From Bacillota bacterium (GTDB taxonomy: Bacteria > Bacillota > DULZ01), in contig JBMNIZ010000015.1 of NCBI GenBank assembly GCA_050951405.1, positions 163,536 through 227,535 on the forward strand: a stretch of DNA of 64,000 bases. Direction: 5' to 3'. This document shows positions 19,148 through 30,076 of this stretch, piece after piece. The number at the start of each line of letters is the position of its first letter. Positions within the stretch are counted from its first letter, which is position 1. The translations under genes were made by a program, and so were the position numbers. Below the pieces are notes generated by a model. The model worked only from the letters and a program-made list of their open reading frames with translations. It was not told the DNA's origin and searched no databases.

Positions 19148-19642
19148 TCATTTTCCCTGTCGTCTCAGGGCCAAGAGCAAATCAATAATCCTGTCCCTGT
19201 TCCAAAGATCCACCCCGAGAGAATTGGCCAGTTCTTTGGCTTCCAAAGTATAATCCCGATTGGTGATCAGCAGTGCCTCCTGGCAGCCGTAAAGGGGGGC
19301 GCTCCTGGCAATTTTCTCCACCAGCCGAGAACTAACATTGCGCCGGTAATGCTTGGTCAAGACGGCAATATGCCGGCCTTCCTTCTCCACAACAAAATGA
19401 ACCCACTGCTTTTTAGCGGGAGAGGATTTTACCTTATAGCCAAGCCTTCGCAGAAGTAGAAGACAAAAGTCTCTGAACTCCCTTTTGGACATCCGATCCA
19501 CTTCATAGAGGCCAGCGGCCATCATTTTTTCCTGCCGCCTCCAACTCCTTACCTTGATCACCAGAAAGACTCCGATGAGCAAAGCCAAGGGCCAACCTTT
19601 GTAGACCAATTCCACCGCCCTTTGCCTCCCAGCTCCATGCAT
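19148..19642 (-). CDS. Membrane-anchored Mrr-like restriction endonuclease domain protein
   Basis: N-terminal TM helix plus a Mrr_cat-like core (YEVDRMSKREFRDFCLLLL...HFVVEKEGRHIAVLTKHY). Confidence 0.55.
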   Translation of the reverse strand: MHGAGRQRAVELVYKGWPLALLIGVFLVIKVRSWRRQEKMMAAGLYEVDRMSKREFRDFCLLLLRRLGYKVKSSPAKKQWVHFVVEKEGRHIAVLTKHYRRNVSSRLVEKIARSAPLYGCQEALLITNRDYTLEAKELANSLGVDLWNRDRIIDLLLALRRQGK

Positions 19643-19789
19643 TGTTTATATAACACTTCGACATCGCCGGTCAGTAACCTTTCTCGGTGGCAGAAAAAGC
19701 CCGCGAAGTTAATGGGGAGCCGAGTTCAGCTCCAATTCCAACGGAAAAAATGAAGCTCACCCCTCTCCCCACCGCCGAAGTTTGTCCTT

Positions 19790-21100
19790 CTATCTATTCT
19801 AAGGAGTGGATAAAAAGCCCACCCCTAAGCTTGGGCTCAAACCAGGTGGATTTAGGGGGCATGACCTGGCCCGTGTCCGCAATGGACATCAGCTGCTTCA
19901 ATGCTGGCAGGAAACAAGGCAAAAGCCACCCCTCCTTCCTGCTCCACTCTCTTCTCCAGTTCTTCCAGGCCCCGGATCCCGCCGACAAAATCGATGCGAG
20001 GGTCAGTCCTGGGATCCTCAATCTCCTAAAACAGGTTCCAAGAGGTTGTTCTGGAGAATGGATTCACATCCAAGGGATTTGACCGGATCGGTCCGGTCAA
20101 AAGTGCCTTCCCTGGCCTTCCAAGCCGATACCAATCTGCCCCCCAGATACATCCCAAAAGTGTGAGGCTGCCGGGAGGCTGGATAAGCTTTACCCGGGCC
20201 GAGTCTTATCTGCCACCGCAAATTTTTCCTGCACTCTGGCCAGAAAAGTCTCCTTCGGTCAGGCCGTGCAGGTCTCTCACCACCCGGTTATAGGCCAGGA
20301 TCCGCAGTTCCCGGTGGGGAAAAAGGACGCCGAGAAAAGTAATTGATACTCTTCTCCGCACCTGTATAGCCGGGGTTCTGTTCCCGGCGGCAGCAAACCC
20401 ACCTGCACCGCCGCCGCCGTCCGGTGGTGCCCGTCGGCGATATAGAGATAATCCACCTGCCGGAACTCAGCCACCAGACCGTCGATAACGGGCGGGGCAT
20501 CGATCACCCAGGCCATGATGCCCAACCCCGTCGTCGGCAACAAAATCGTAGACCGGCTGCCTGGACCTCGGTCCAAGCAGTCATCATGGATTCTGGATCT
20601 TCTCCCGGAACCGGTAAGTCAAAAAAACGGCACCAGTCTGGGCATTGCAGGCATCCACATGTCTGAAAACGGTCCAGTCTCCTTGTCGGCCCTGGTGTGC
20701 TCATGTTTCTTGATTGTTCCCTGCAAATAGTCATCAATAGAGCAGCAGGCCACCAAGCCGGTTTGGGCTCCGCCGTCTTTGATCCAGCCGGTAGATGTAA
20801 AGACAATCTTCCTCATCCTGCCGGAGCACACCTTCCTGCACCAACCGGCTGTAAATTGCCAGCGGCCTCGGGCGTAAACTTGTCCGGTCGTAAGGGTCCA
20901 GAGCAGGATCCAGGTCGACCTCCGACTCTGCCTCACATGCAAAAAGGAAAAGGGATTGTCCCGGACCAGCACCCTGGCCTCCTCTCCGCACTCACCACAT
21001 CGTAGGGAGGAGCAGCCACCCGGTGGGCCAGACTCCGGCACCGGCCGCAGCGCCCTAAAGGATTTGATCAAGGCCACTTTCCTTTCCTCCTTCAGCAACA
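19790..21100 (-). pseudogene. DUF1015-family gene broken by at least three frameshifts
   Basis: DUF1015 motifs are spread over three frames: FRALRPVPE and NPFSFLHV (ORF 20619..21278), LYIYRLDQ (20734..20991), and YIADGHHRTAAA (20277..20576). Confidence 0.5.
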
Positions 21101-21118
21101 GGATGTTGAACAGTCTCT

Positions 21119-21741
21119 TCAAGCCGCTCGCCGAAAAAGCCTCCTGGCCCAGGGCCAGGGCCCGGAGATTGGCGGCCACCGTATGCCCGGGAACGCGCTC
21201 CCGGACGGATTCCACCAACAAATCCTCACCTGAAGGGCAGAAATCCTCCCGCCAGGGCAGCTCCCAGCATGACCACACTCATGGTCCGGGCATGGCCCGC
21301 TTTTTCCGCCAGCTCCGTCCCATTGATGACCACAACCTTTTTCCCCAGTTCCCTTCCAAAGCAGAAGCGATTTCCTCCAGAGCAGGATACCGGGCCTTTG
21401 CCAATCTGGACATCCATGGGCGGAAGAGGGGCTGCTGTTCAGAAGAGCCGCACCCTCCGGCGATAAATATTCCACCCCCACCCGCAGCCCTTCCAGGGGC
21501 TCCAGGGCTATGATCAGATCCGCCTCTCCCCGGTCGATCAGGGGGGCATAGACATCGCCAAAGCGCACATGGGAGGATACGGCACCGCCCCTCATGGCCG
21601 CACCAAAGGTCTCCCCCACCCGTACCCGGAATGGCCGTGGGATCCCGCTTCGCCAGTCTGCATGGCTGCACCGGCAACGATGCGGGCAGCCAGGATGCTG
21701 CCCTGCCCTCCCACGCCGGCAATAATCAGATCCATTTTCAT
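21119..21741 (-). pseudogene. iorB: Indolepyruvate:ferredoxin oxidoreductase beta subunit (iorB), frameshifted
   Basis: N-terminus MKMDLIIAGVGGQGSILAARIV is in one frame. HVRFGDVYAPLIDRGEADLIIALEPLEGLR is in a second frame. SVVMLGAALAGGFLPF is in a third. Confidence 0.6.
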
Positions 21742-23752
21742 GCCCCATTCCCTCCTCGTCTTCACCGCCCCCTGCCGGCAGACCTGCTCGCACAGGCTAC
21801 AGTCGGTACGCAGCTTTCCCCATCCACAGCCGCTTTCTTCCTCGCACCGCGTCGAAAGGCGACTGGCAGGGCACCCCAGGCGCAGGCAGCGCCTGCAACC
21901 ATCGCAAAGGGACTTCCTCCACCCAGGTCCTGCCCTCTCCTTTTTTTCTCCCTTCTCAACAGCTTGCAGCTGGCACTCACCCTCCAGAATGACCACGGAA
22001 GGGCCCCTCATCTGCGAGGGCCCTCTCCATGAGACGGGAGGCCTCCGCCAGTTGATAGGCATTGGCAACATGGAGACATTCTTCACTCCCAGGGCCCTGA
22101 CCACCCCTGCCATGTCGAAAGCCTCCCGTTTGCTCTCCCAGGGCGGTGGTCCCCGTAGCCGGGTTGGGCTGGTGACCGGTCATGGCCGTCCAGCGGTTGT
22201 CCAGAATCAAGAAAGTGAGATCTACGCTTGATTGTAGACGGCGTTGGTCACCGATGGTAAAAGAGCATGAATGAAGGTGGAATCCCCTGCCACCGCCACT
22301 ACCTTACCCTCCCGGTAGCCCGCCTGCACCTGTCCCTGGGCCAGACCCAGACCGCTTCCCATCACATGGATGGTATCCAGGATCTCGTAAGGCGAGCCTC
22401 ACCGGGTATTTCTTGCCGGGCAGCTTCGTTGGGTTCAATACCGGAGGCAAATAATCCATAGCCTCCCTGTTCGTAACAACCAATGTCCCCGTTGACAATA
22501 TGGTTGCCCGGGAATTTTCGCTTAAAGCTTCCCCCAGGGCCCAATAAGAACCCAGGTGGGAACACCCGGCACAGAGAGCCGAGGACCGGGGCGTCACCAG
22601 CTCCCTCAGCTTTTCCCGGGTCTTTTCCCTCTCATCCCCAGGGATTTCCAGTTTCAAAAGCTGGGAAAGGGCTTTTGTGACCAAACTGGTATTGATTTCC
22701 CCATAGGGAGGAAACACAGGGCGGTGGCTTTTCCCGTAAATGTTCAGGCTGCTAAATCTTCCCTGGGCATAGCTCCGCACAAGGTTCTCGATGACCGGAT
22801 CTCCTTCTTCCACAACAAGCAGAGTATCCACTCCTGGCAAGAGCTTGTCCAGTATGCTGTAAGGCAAGGGGTAAAAAAAGCCCAGCTGGAGAAAGCTGAC
22901 CCGGTCCTTAAGGCCCAGCCTGTCCAGAGCTTCTCTGGTGTAGCTGGCCCCAACCCCGGCGGCCAATACAGCCGTTGAAGCCCCAGGCACCAATTCCAGC
23001 CGGTTAAAGGGGCTGTTTTCAGCCAGCTCCCGAGCCTTGGGCAAAACCTGATGGAGCCAACGATGTTTGGCCAGAGGGCCGGGGGCACCGTAAACATTCC
23101 AGCGGTAAGGCAGTTTGTAGTGCTTATTAAAAGACAAGCTGTTCTTTTCTTCCTGGATCGGTCCCAGTTTCACATCACCGCTGGCATGAGAAATTCTGCT
23201 CACCGATCGGATAAAAACAGGCAGTTCGAGTATTTCTGAAATGCGGAAGGCCTCTCTGGTCATATCTTTGGCCTCTTGCTGATCGGCCGGTTCCAGGCAG
23301 GGTATTTCCGCATAAACTGCCGCCAGCCTGGTATCCTGTTCGCTGGAAGAATAGTGGGCATTAGGATCATCGGCCACCACCACCACCAGTCCTCCTTTGA
23401 CCCCTCCATAAGGCAAAGTCATGAAGGTGTCCATGGCCACGTTCAAACCGGCATTTTTCATGGCGGTCATGGCTCTGGCACCTACCAGGGAGGCTCCCGC
23501 AGCCAGCTCAAAGGCCACCTTTTCATTGGTGCTCCACTCCAAATGGTATGCTCCCTGCCGGGCTGCGGCAATCAAAGCTTCACAGATTTCCGAAGCAGGG
23601 GTGCCCGGATAAGCGGCCATTAACTGCAAACCGGCCTCCAGAGCACCCCGGGCAATAGCTTCATTGCCCATGAGCAGCACTCTTTCCCCCGCCGGTTGCA
23701 AAATAGCAATACTCAAGCACAATCTCTCCTTTCCGAACCGGCGCCGAAACAT
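21742..23752 (-). pseudogene. iorA: Indolepyruvate:ferredoxin oxidoreductase alpha subunit (iorA), broken by at least three frameshifts
   Basis: Frame 1 holds the TPP-binding N-terminus (GNEAIARG...ALCAGCSH). Frame 2 holds VNGDIGCYEQGG. Frame 3 holds ILDNRWTAMTGHQPNPATG. The ferredoxin-like Cys clusters are in the 21592..22113 frame. Confidence 0.65.
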
Positions 23753-23782
23753 CCTATCCCTTCGGCAATCCAGGTGTATTGA

Positions 23783-24951
23783 TTAAAACAGGATTTCCTG
23801 AGCCGTTTCCGTAAGAATGTCAGAAGCCAGCATCAAATGCTCCACAGGCACGTACTCATCCGGAGCATGGGCCTGGGCCAGATAACCGGGTCCAAAGGTG
23901 AGACAATGGGGCGTCCCTGTCCTGGCAGCCATAATGGCCCCGTCCGTATAAGCGGGAAAGCCGGCCAGTTCCGCCTCTCTGCCGGTTATTTTCTTCACCC
24001 CTTTGGTCACGGCCGCCAGCAGGGGCGAATCTTGCGGTATCCGCAGGGGAGGCCTTTCCACTCCCAGCACCCGGTAACTGCCCCTGGAACCGGGCACTTT
24101 CCCGGTCCCCTGGGCAATGGCCTTTTCCACCAGATGGCGACCCTGGGCTCACCGTCATGGGGACCGTCAGCCGCAGATCAGCCTCTGCCCGGCAGCTGTC
24201 AGGCACCATATTGACTTTCACACCGCCGCTAATCCGGCCCACATTCAAGGTGGCCTTCCCCAGCAGGGGATCCTCATAAGGCAGATCTGCCACCGAGTCT
24301 TTTCAAAGAGCTGATCACTTCCGCCATGGCATGGATAGCATCAACCCCTAGATGGGGTTTTCCCCCGTGGGCCATCTTCCCCTGGGTGCTAATTTCAAAC
24401 CAGAGGGGCCCTTTATGGGCGGCTACTACAGCCAAACCCGAGGGTTCAGCCGCCAGGAGAAAATCCTCGTCGGTCACCCAACCCTTTTCCACCGCCGCCA
24501 GAGCCCCCTGCATGAAGGGACCTTCTTCATCAACGCAGGCCAGAAAAATAAAACTGTGACGCGGTTTTTCCCGGCCCAGGCAGATTCTTTTAAAAGCTAC
24601 CAGGGCCGCGGCCAACCCTCCTTTCATATCCGCACTGCCTCGCCCGTACAATTTGCCCTGCTCCATTTCCCCGGCAAAAGGATCTTTGGTCCAGCCCTCT
24701 CCGGCGGGAACCGTATCCAGGTGCCCGGTATATACTAAACGGGGATGTTCTTTTACCCCGGCCAGCCGGGCCACCACGTTAAAACGGCCGGGCGCCACCT
24801 CTTCTTTTTTCACTTCCACACCCAGCCTTTGCAGCCAGTGAAAAACATAATTTCCCACAGCTTCCTCACTGCCGGTGGGATTCTCGCTGGGGATCTGCAC
24901 CAATTCCCGAGTCAATTGGATCACTTCAGCTTGAGCGGTCATTCCTGCCAA
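23783..24951 (-). pseudogene. M20-family metallopeptidase (DapE/ArgE-like) split into three frames
   Basis: The N-terminal catalytic domain is 24274..24951, the dimerisation domain is 23856..24293, and the C-terminus is 23783..24130, each in a different frame. Confidence 0.65.
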
Positions 24952-25159
24952 ACCTCCTACTTTAAGAACCGCAACTGCCTGGAAAATTTTCTTTCTATTT
25001 CCTGCACAGAGACAATTCCGGCAGTTCAGAGCATGTCCGGCCCGTCATGAATTACCTTCCTGCCGGGAATTTATTGTATTGTCCCCAACGGCAGGGAAAA
25101 TAATGTCACTTTACACTTCGCCGTCTCCGGAGGAATTCCTCCCCCTGGCCGGAAGAGAG

Positions 25160-25196
25160 GCAAAGACAAAAAGGCCCCTGAAACAGGGACCCAAAA
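25160..25196 (-). terminator. Intrinsic terminator after ipct/dipps (GGGUCCCUG-UUU-CAGGGGCC + UUUUUGUCUUU)
   Basis: Hairpin plus a U-tract on the minus-strand RNA. Confidence 0.4.
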
Positions 25197-25235
25197 GTTC
25201 CCGCATACGCATGGAAGGCTGGAAAAAGGCAGCCG

Positions 25236-26597
25236 TCAGGAGGCTAAAATTCCCCTGGCTTTAATCAATCGATAGATCACTTGCAGATTGGCCATCAGGG
25301 CAAGCAGCCACAAGGCGATAAACTCCAGATTGAAAATACCTCCCAGGGCGATGATGGCCAACCTGCCATCTCGATTGACCGGCAGATAACTTAGCCATCC
25401 CTCTTCTTGCGGGTAATATTCTTTTCCAGTCAGATTTTTCATCTTTTCTTTCGAAAGCATGGAAAGGGGCGAAGCCGCCAGGGCCAAAAAGGCCGGGAAA
25501 AGTGCCGCCTGCTGCCCTCCCTGAGCAAAAATCAGCCCGGCTGTCATCCCCCCGATTAAAAGGGCATCGCTATAACGGTCAATGATGGAGTCAAAATACG
25601 CGCCAAAAGCCGTCTCCTGATATTTTAGCCGGGCCACTTCCCCATCAACACCGTCGATAATGGAAGCGGTTTGGGCCAAAATGCCGCCCATGAAACCGAA
25701 GCCCAGGGCAAATAACAGGGAAGCAGCCAGGCACATGAGGCCGTTTATTGCCGAGTAAAAATTCGGTTTGAAGGGCAAGGACACCAGCAAAGAAGTCAAG
25801 CGCAAAGAAAGAGGCCGGTTGAAGTAGCGGGCCACCACCCCATCCCGGGGAGAAGCCAGCATGGATAAAAGCTTTTTCTTGGCAAGCTCCAGGTCTGCCG
25901 GCTCATCCACATCCAGCCAAAAGCAGTCTCCAATCTGAAAGGCCCGGAGATCTCCCCTGTCAAGCACCGGGGAAAGGGCTTGGCTCAAATTCCCCCAACC
26001 CTTTTCCACTGCACTGGCCAGCTCGGCCAGGACTGCCGGGGAAAAGCAAAAACAGCCGCAATCCACACCGTTAAAATCGCTGATGTTTTTCCCCAAAAGG
26101 CGGATTATCCCTTCCTCATCCACCTGAACCTTTGTGGCCTCCTCCAGTTGGTAAACTGACTGGAGCCGCCGGTCAACAGCCAAAAAAGCCTTGGCTTCCC
26201 CGTTTTTTTCTTCCTGTAAAAAATCAAGGAAAGAAGTCAGAAGTTTCGGTTCCAGCAAATGATCGGCCATCAGGACCAAAAACCTTTCTTCCCTGTCAAA
26301 GAAGGGAAGAGCGGCCAGGAGAGAGCCGGCATTGCCTTCCGGCCAGCGGGGGTTGTCGGCATAATCGATAGTCACCCCCCAGCGGCTGCCGTCCCGGCAG
26401 AAGTCCTTGATTTTCTGCCCTTGATAACCTGTCACAATAACAAAATCGGTTATGCCCGCTTTTTTGGCCGTCAGAATTGCCCTTTCAATTAAAGGCAACC
26501 CCAGAAGGGGCAGCAAGGGCTTGGGCAGATGACCGGAGCCTGCCGCATCCTTCATCCTTTCCCCAGCCCCGGCTGCCAGGATAACTGCCCGCATCAT
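25236..26597 (-). CDS. Bifunctional CTP:inositol-1-phosphate cytidylyltransferase / CDP-inositol:inositol-1-phosphate transferase (IPCT/DIPPS)
   Basis: N-terminal nucleotidyltransferase (AVILAAGAGERM, LPLLGLPLIER) fused to a CDP-alcohol phosphatidyltransferase TM domain carrying DGVDGEVARx8Gx3Dx3D. Confidence 0.8.
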   Translation of the reverse strand: MMRAVILAAGAGERMKDAAGSGHLPKPLLPLLGLPLIERAILTAKKAGITDFVIVTGYQGQKIKDFCRDGSRWGVTIDYADNPRWPEGNAGSLLAALPFFDREERFLVLMADHLLEPKLLTSFLDFLQEEKNGEAKAFLAVDRRLQSVYQLEEATKVQVDEEGIIRLLGKNISDFNGVDCGCFCFSPAVLAELASAVEKGWGNLSQALSPVLDRGDLRAFQIGDCFWLDVDEPADLELAKKKLLSMLASPRDGVVARYFNRPLSLRLTSLLVSLPFKPNFYSAINGLMCLAASLLFALGFGFMGGILAQTASIIDGVDGEVARLKYQETAFGAYFDSIIDRYSDALLIGGMTAGLIFAQGGQQAALFPAFLALAASPLSMLSKEKMKNLTGKEYYPQEEGWLSYLPVNRDGRLAIIALGGIFNLEFIALWLLALMANLQVIYRLIKARGILAS

Positions 26598-27688
26598 TAA
26601 CGCTCCCTTTTGCCTGCAATAAATTCTTCCACCATCTGTGCCGCCTCCCCATCGGTATACTGGACAGGCGGGCTTTTCATGGTATAGGCGGAAATGGAAG
26701 TGAGCACTCCTCCAATACCCCGATCAAGAGCCAGCTTCATACAGCGGATGGCATCCAGCATCACTCCGCCGCTGTTGGGAGCGTCCTCTACCGCCAGCTT
26801 TAATTCCAGGGTTAAAGGTACCTGGCCAAAACCAAGTCCATTCATATGGATATAACAGATCTTTTGATCATCCAACCAACGGATATAGTCGCTGGGGCCG
26901 ATATGAATATTTCCCGGGTCCAGGGGTGATGCCAGCTGGGACTGCACCGACTGAGTTTTGGATTTTTTCTTGGAAGCCAAGCGCTTATGATTAAGCATGT
27001 TCAGAAAATCCGTGTTGCCGCCGAAATTCAACTGATAAGTATTCTCCAGTTTCACCCCTCGTTTTTCAAAAAGATTGGTCAAGACCCGGTGAACAATGGT
27101 AGCCCCTACCTGACTTTTTACATCATCTCCGATAATGGGAATTTTCCGCCGGCGGAATTTCTCTTCCCACTCCGCGTCGGAAGCGATAAAAACGGGCATG
27201 GCATTAATAAAACCGATCCCGGCTTCCAGGCAAGCCTCCGCATAAAAACGGGCTCCTTCCTCGCTGCCCACAGGCAGATAGTTAATCAACATTTCGGCGC
27301 CGCTATCTTTTAATACTTTGACCACATCACAGGATTTGGCGTCTTTCACCTTAAAAGCCCTGGTGGCATCGAATTCCTCCATATGCGGGGAAACCCCGTC
27401 CAGGACCGGACCCATTTCCACTTTCACCTGGTAGTCGGGCATATCCGGCCAAAAAACTTTAGTACAATTGGGCTCGGCAAAAATTGCCTCTTTTAAATCA
27501 CGCCCGACTTTTCTTTCATCCACATCAAAAGCAGCTACCACTTCAATATCCTCCGGCCGGTAGCCGGCCAGTTCAGGATGCATCAATCCAACAGTATTTT
27601 CCGGATTGTTTTTGTAAAACTCAATTCCCTGCAAGAGAGCAGAGGCACAATTACCGATGCCTGCTAGAGCAATTTTGATCTTACCCAT
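26597..27688 (-). CDS. ino1: myo-Inositol-1-phosphate synthase (archaeal/thermophile type)
   Basis: Start MGKIKIALAGIGNCASALLQGIEFYK with an AGGAGGG RBS. About 364 aa. Its stop overlaps the ipct/dipps start. Confidence 0.85.
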   Translation of the reverse strand: MGKIKIALAGIGNCASALLQGIEFYKNNPENTVGLMHPELAGYRPEDIEVVAAFDVDERKVGRDLKEAIFAEPNCTKVFWPDMPDYQVKVEMGPVLDGVSPHMEEFDATRAFKVKDAKSCDVVKVLKDSGAEMLINYLPVGSEEGARFYAEACLEAGIGFINAMPVFIASDAEWEEKFRRRKIPIIGDDVKSQVGATIVHRVLTNLFEKRGVKLENTYQLNFGGNTDFLNMLNHKRLASKKKSKTQSVQSQLASPLDPGNIHIGPSDYIRWLDDQKICYIHMNGLGFGQVPLTLELKLAVEDAPNSGGVMLDAIRCMKLALDRGIGGVLTSISAYTMKSPPVQYTDGEAAQMVEEFIAGKRER

Positions 27689-27866
27689 CTGTCTACACCC
27701 TCCTAAAATTATTTTTGTCGGCAATCCACAGGGATCTTCCCCTTGCTGTCTAGGAAAAATGTAACTCAGGACAGATCATCAACTGCCCAACCACTTTCTT
27801 GCAGTTACAACATAGAATTTCACCTCCCCAGTTCAACAAAAAAGCCGCCCCGAGGGCAGCCCTTCT

Positions 27867-28688
27867 TTACTTCATACCAACCATATTAAGATCATAATCC
27901 TGGGCCTCCCCTGCAGTAAACAAAGTCAAGGTGCGAAAACCAGCCTGGAAGACCCTCTCTATTGCTTTTTCCAGATCTCGACCCAGGTCTTCTTCATGAT
28001 GGGCATCGGAACCAACAGTGACCCGCCTGCCTCCAAGCCTCCGAAATAGTTGCAGAGTCTCCAGACTGGGGAATGTATCGTTTATACCTTTCCGCAAAGC
28101 GGAAGTATTTACTTCCAAGGCCAGATCTTTTTTTACCATTTTTTCCAGTAAAGGCATAAGTTGGTATTCATAAAAACCTCTGGAATAGCTTCCTGGCGGC
28201 ACGGACCGGTGAAACCATTCCAGATGTCCGATTACCTGGAACAGACCTGAATCGATCATCTGATTGGTGGTCTGCAGATAATCGCCAATAAGCTTTTGCA
28301 CAGCTTCCTCTTCCGCACCTCCTATCCTTAAAGATAAAAGGCTTGTACCCTGCACGTAGTGGATGGCCCCCATGAGAAAATCAAAATTCCACCCGGCCAA
28401 ATAATTGGCCAGTTCCGCTTCCTGCCTGGGGTCGTAATCCACCTCCAGCCCCACTTTAATCTCCAATCGACCGGCAAAAAGCTCCCGGCAACGGTCCACT
28501 TCCTGAAAAATCAGGGTAAAATCCGTCAAACCATAATTGATATCAGCAGGATTGAGAGTAAAATGCTCCGTCAGGGCCAGCTCCGGTATACCCAGCTTCA
28601 CCGCCCGACGGCAGTACCCTTCCAGACTGGCGTCGCTATCCCGGGAGAATTCAGCGTGCAGATGATAGTCAGGTACTTTTAACAACAA
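27867..28688 (-). CDS. PHP-domain (histidinol-phosphatase-family) phosphoesterase
   Basis: Starts with the HLHAEFSRDS / ELALTEHF PHP motifs and is co-oriented with ino1-ipct/dipps. Confidence 0.7.
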   Translation of the reverse strand: MLLKVPDYHLHAEFSRDSDASLEGYCRRAVKLGIPELALTEHFTLNPADINYGLTDFTLIFQEVDRCRELFAGRLEIKVGLEVDYDPRQEAELANYLAGWNFDFLMGAIHYVQGTSLLSLRIGGAEEEAVQKLIGDYLQTTNQMIDSGLFQVIGHLEWFHRSVPPGSYSRGFYEYQLMPLLEKMVKKDLALEVNTSALRKGINDTFPSLETLQLFRRLGGRRVTVGSDAHHEEDLGRDLEKAIERVFQAGFRTLTLFTAGEAQDYDLNMVGMK

Positions 28689-28809
28689 AAAGCTTCACTC
28701 CAGTATCTCTCTTCATTAGCACTCACCAGGATTGATTGCTAACAGAATTATAGCACTGCCTGCCTTTTCTGTCAAACTGTGGATATGATCCTCTGTCCAG
28801 CCCAAGACC

Positions 28810-30057
28810 CTACTTCTGTTTAATTCTCTTCCCCTCCCGAAGGCCCGGTTGCCTGGGATCGGCAATAACCAGATCCCCTTCTTCCAGCCCTTTCTTGATC
28901 AACACTTCCCGGTCGGTCTCCAAACCGGTTTCCAGCTGCTGAATCTGCGCCTTTCCTTTTTTCACCACCCACACCGCCTTTCCTCCCTCATAGGCAAAGA
29001 CGGCTGCTTTGGGCACCAGCAGCACATTTTCCTCCCTCTCCAAAGTGAACCTCACCGTCAGCAGATATCCGGGATAAATGGTCAGACCCGCAGGTAAGCG
29101 GGGTTCAATTACAACCCGCACTCTCTGTTCCTCCAAGCCAAGAGGGGAAACGGTCTTTTCGGCAAAAGGAGCCACCTTTACTACAGTTCCCGGAAAAACC
29201 AGATCCTCATCCCTGTCGGTCTGGATCAGTTCCACTTCCATCCCGGGATAAAGAATTCCGGCGTCCTCCGTTAAAACAAAGCTTTCTACCTGATAATTCC
29301 CTTTCTGAAAGATACTCATCACTTGGGCACCAGGAGGAACCACTTCCCCTTTTTTCACCTGCAGCTGAGAAACAATACCGTCCAAAGGTGACAAAAGCCG
29401 AATGCCTTCCAGCTTATATTGCAGCAGGTCTATTTGGGCTTCCAAAGCCCTTTTCTTTCCGGCAAAAAACTGACGCAGGCCGCTGTCAGGCCGGTGAGAT
29501 TGCAGGAACAGAGACAGAGCTTGCTCTTGCTGTTCCAGATTGTTTTGGGCCGCCGAATAAACGGCCTGGGACTTCTCATATTCGCTTGCGGTCAACGCCC
29601 CTTCTTCATACAGTTTCTTTATTTTCTGCAGATTGGTCTCCGCTTCAGCCAAATCCCGGCGGGCCTGCTCTAATTGAAGCTCCAGGATTTTTACTTGTGC
29701 TTCATAAGGCTCATGCAAAGATTTCTTTTCCTCGCCGGCCAGTGCAGATAACTCGGATTGAAGTTGCTCCAGCTGCAGCTTTAGTTCCGTGTCGTCCAAT
29801 GACAAAAGCAGGTCTCCTTCCTTCACCTCCTGCCCATCGGTCACAGGCAATTCCGCAATCTTTCCCCCGGATAAAGTGCAGACTGCCAGCTCTAGCCGGG
29901 GGATGACCTTGCCTTCTTCCCGAATAGTCACGGCCAGGCTGCCCGTTTCCACCCGGACCAAGCCGGTTTCCAGCTCCTGCCCCAATCCGGAAATGAGCAC
30001 CAGCAGGACAATCAGGACCAGGACCGACACAAAGACAATCTTCCATTTTCTTTTCAT
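28810..30057 (-). CDS. HlyD-family periplasmic adaptor subunit
   Basis: N-terminal TM helix, a long coiled-coil and a beta-barrel. The start MKRKWKI has a GGAGAAGGTGAG RBS. Confidence 0.8.
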   Translation of the reverse strand: MKRKWKIVFVSVLVLIVLLVLISGLGQELETGLVRVETGSLAVTIREEGKVIPRLELAVCTLSGGKIAELPVTDGQEVKEGDLLLSLDDTELKLQLEQLQSELSALAGEEKKSLHEPYEAQVKILELQLEQARRDLAEAETNLQKIKKLYEEGALTASEYEKSQAVYSAAQNNLEQQEQALSLFLQSHRPDSGLRQFFAGKKRALEAQIDLLQYKLEGIRLLSPLDGIVSQLQVKKGEVVPPGAQVMSIFQKGNYQVESFVLTEDAGILYPGMEVELIQTDRDEDLVFPGTVVKVAPFAEKTVSPLGLEEQRVRVVIEPRLPAGLTIYPGYLLTVRFTLEREENVLLVPKAAVFAYEGGKAVWVVKKGKAQIQQLETGLETDREVLIKKGLEEGDLVIADPRQPGLREGKRIKQK

Positions 30058-30076
30058 GGGATTCTCACCTTCTCCT

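Noticed and set aside
21592-22113. A possible IorA-IorB fusion, because no stop separates the IorA Cys-cluster region from MKMDLII.
   Set aside because: The surrounding region has multiple frame errors, so the apparent read-through is more likely another indel than a genuine fusion.
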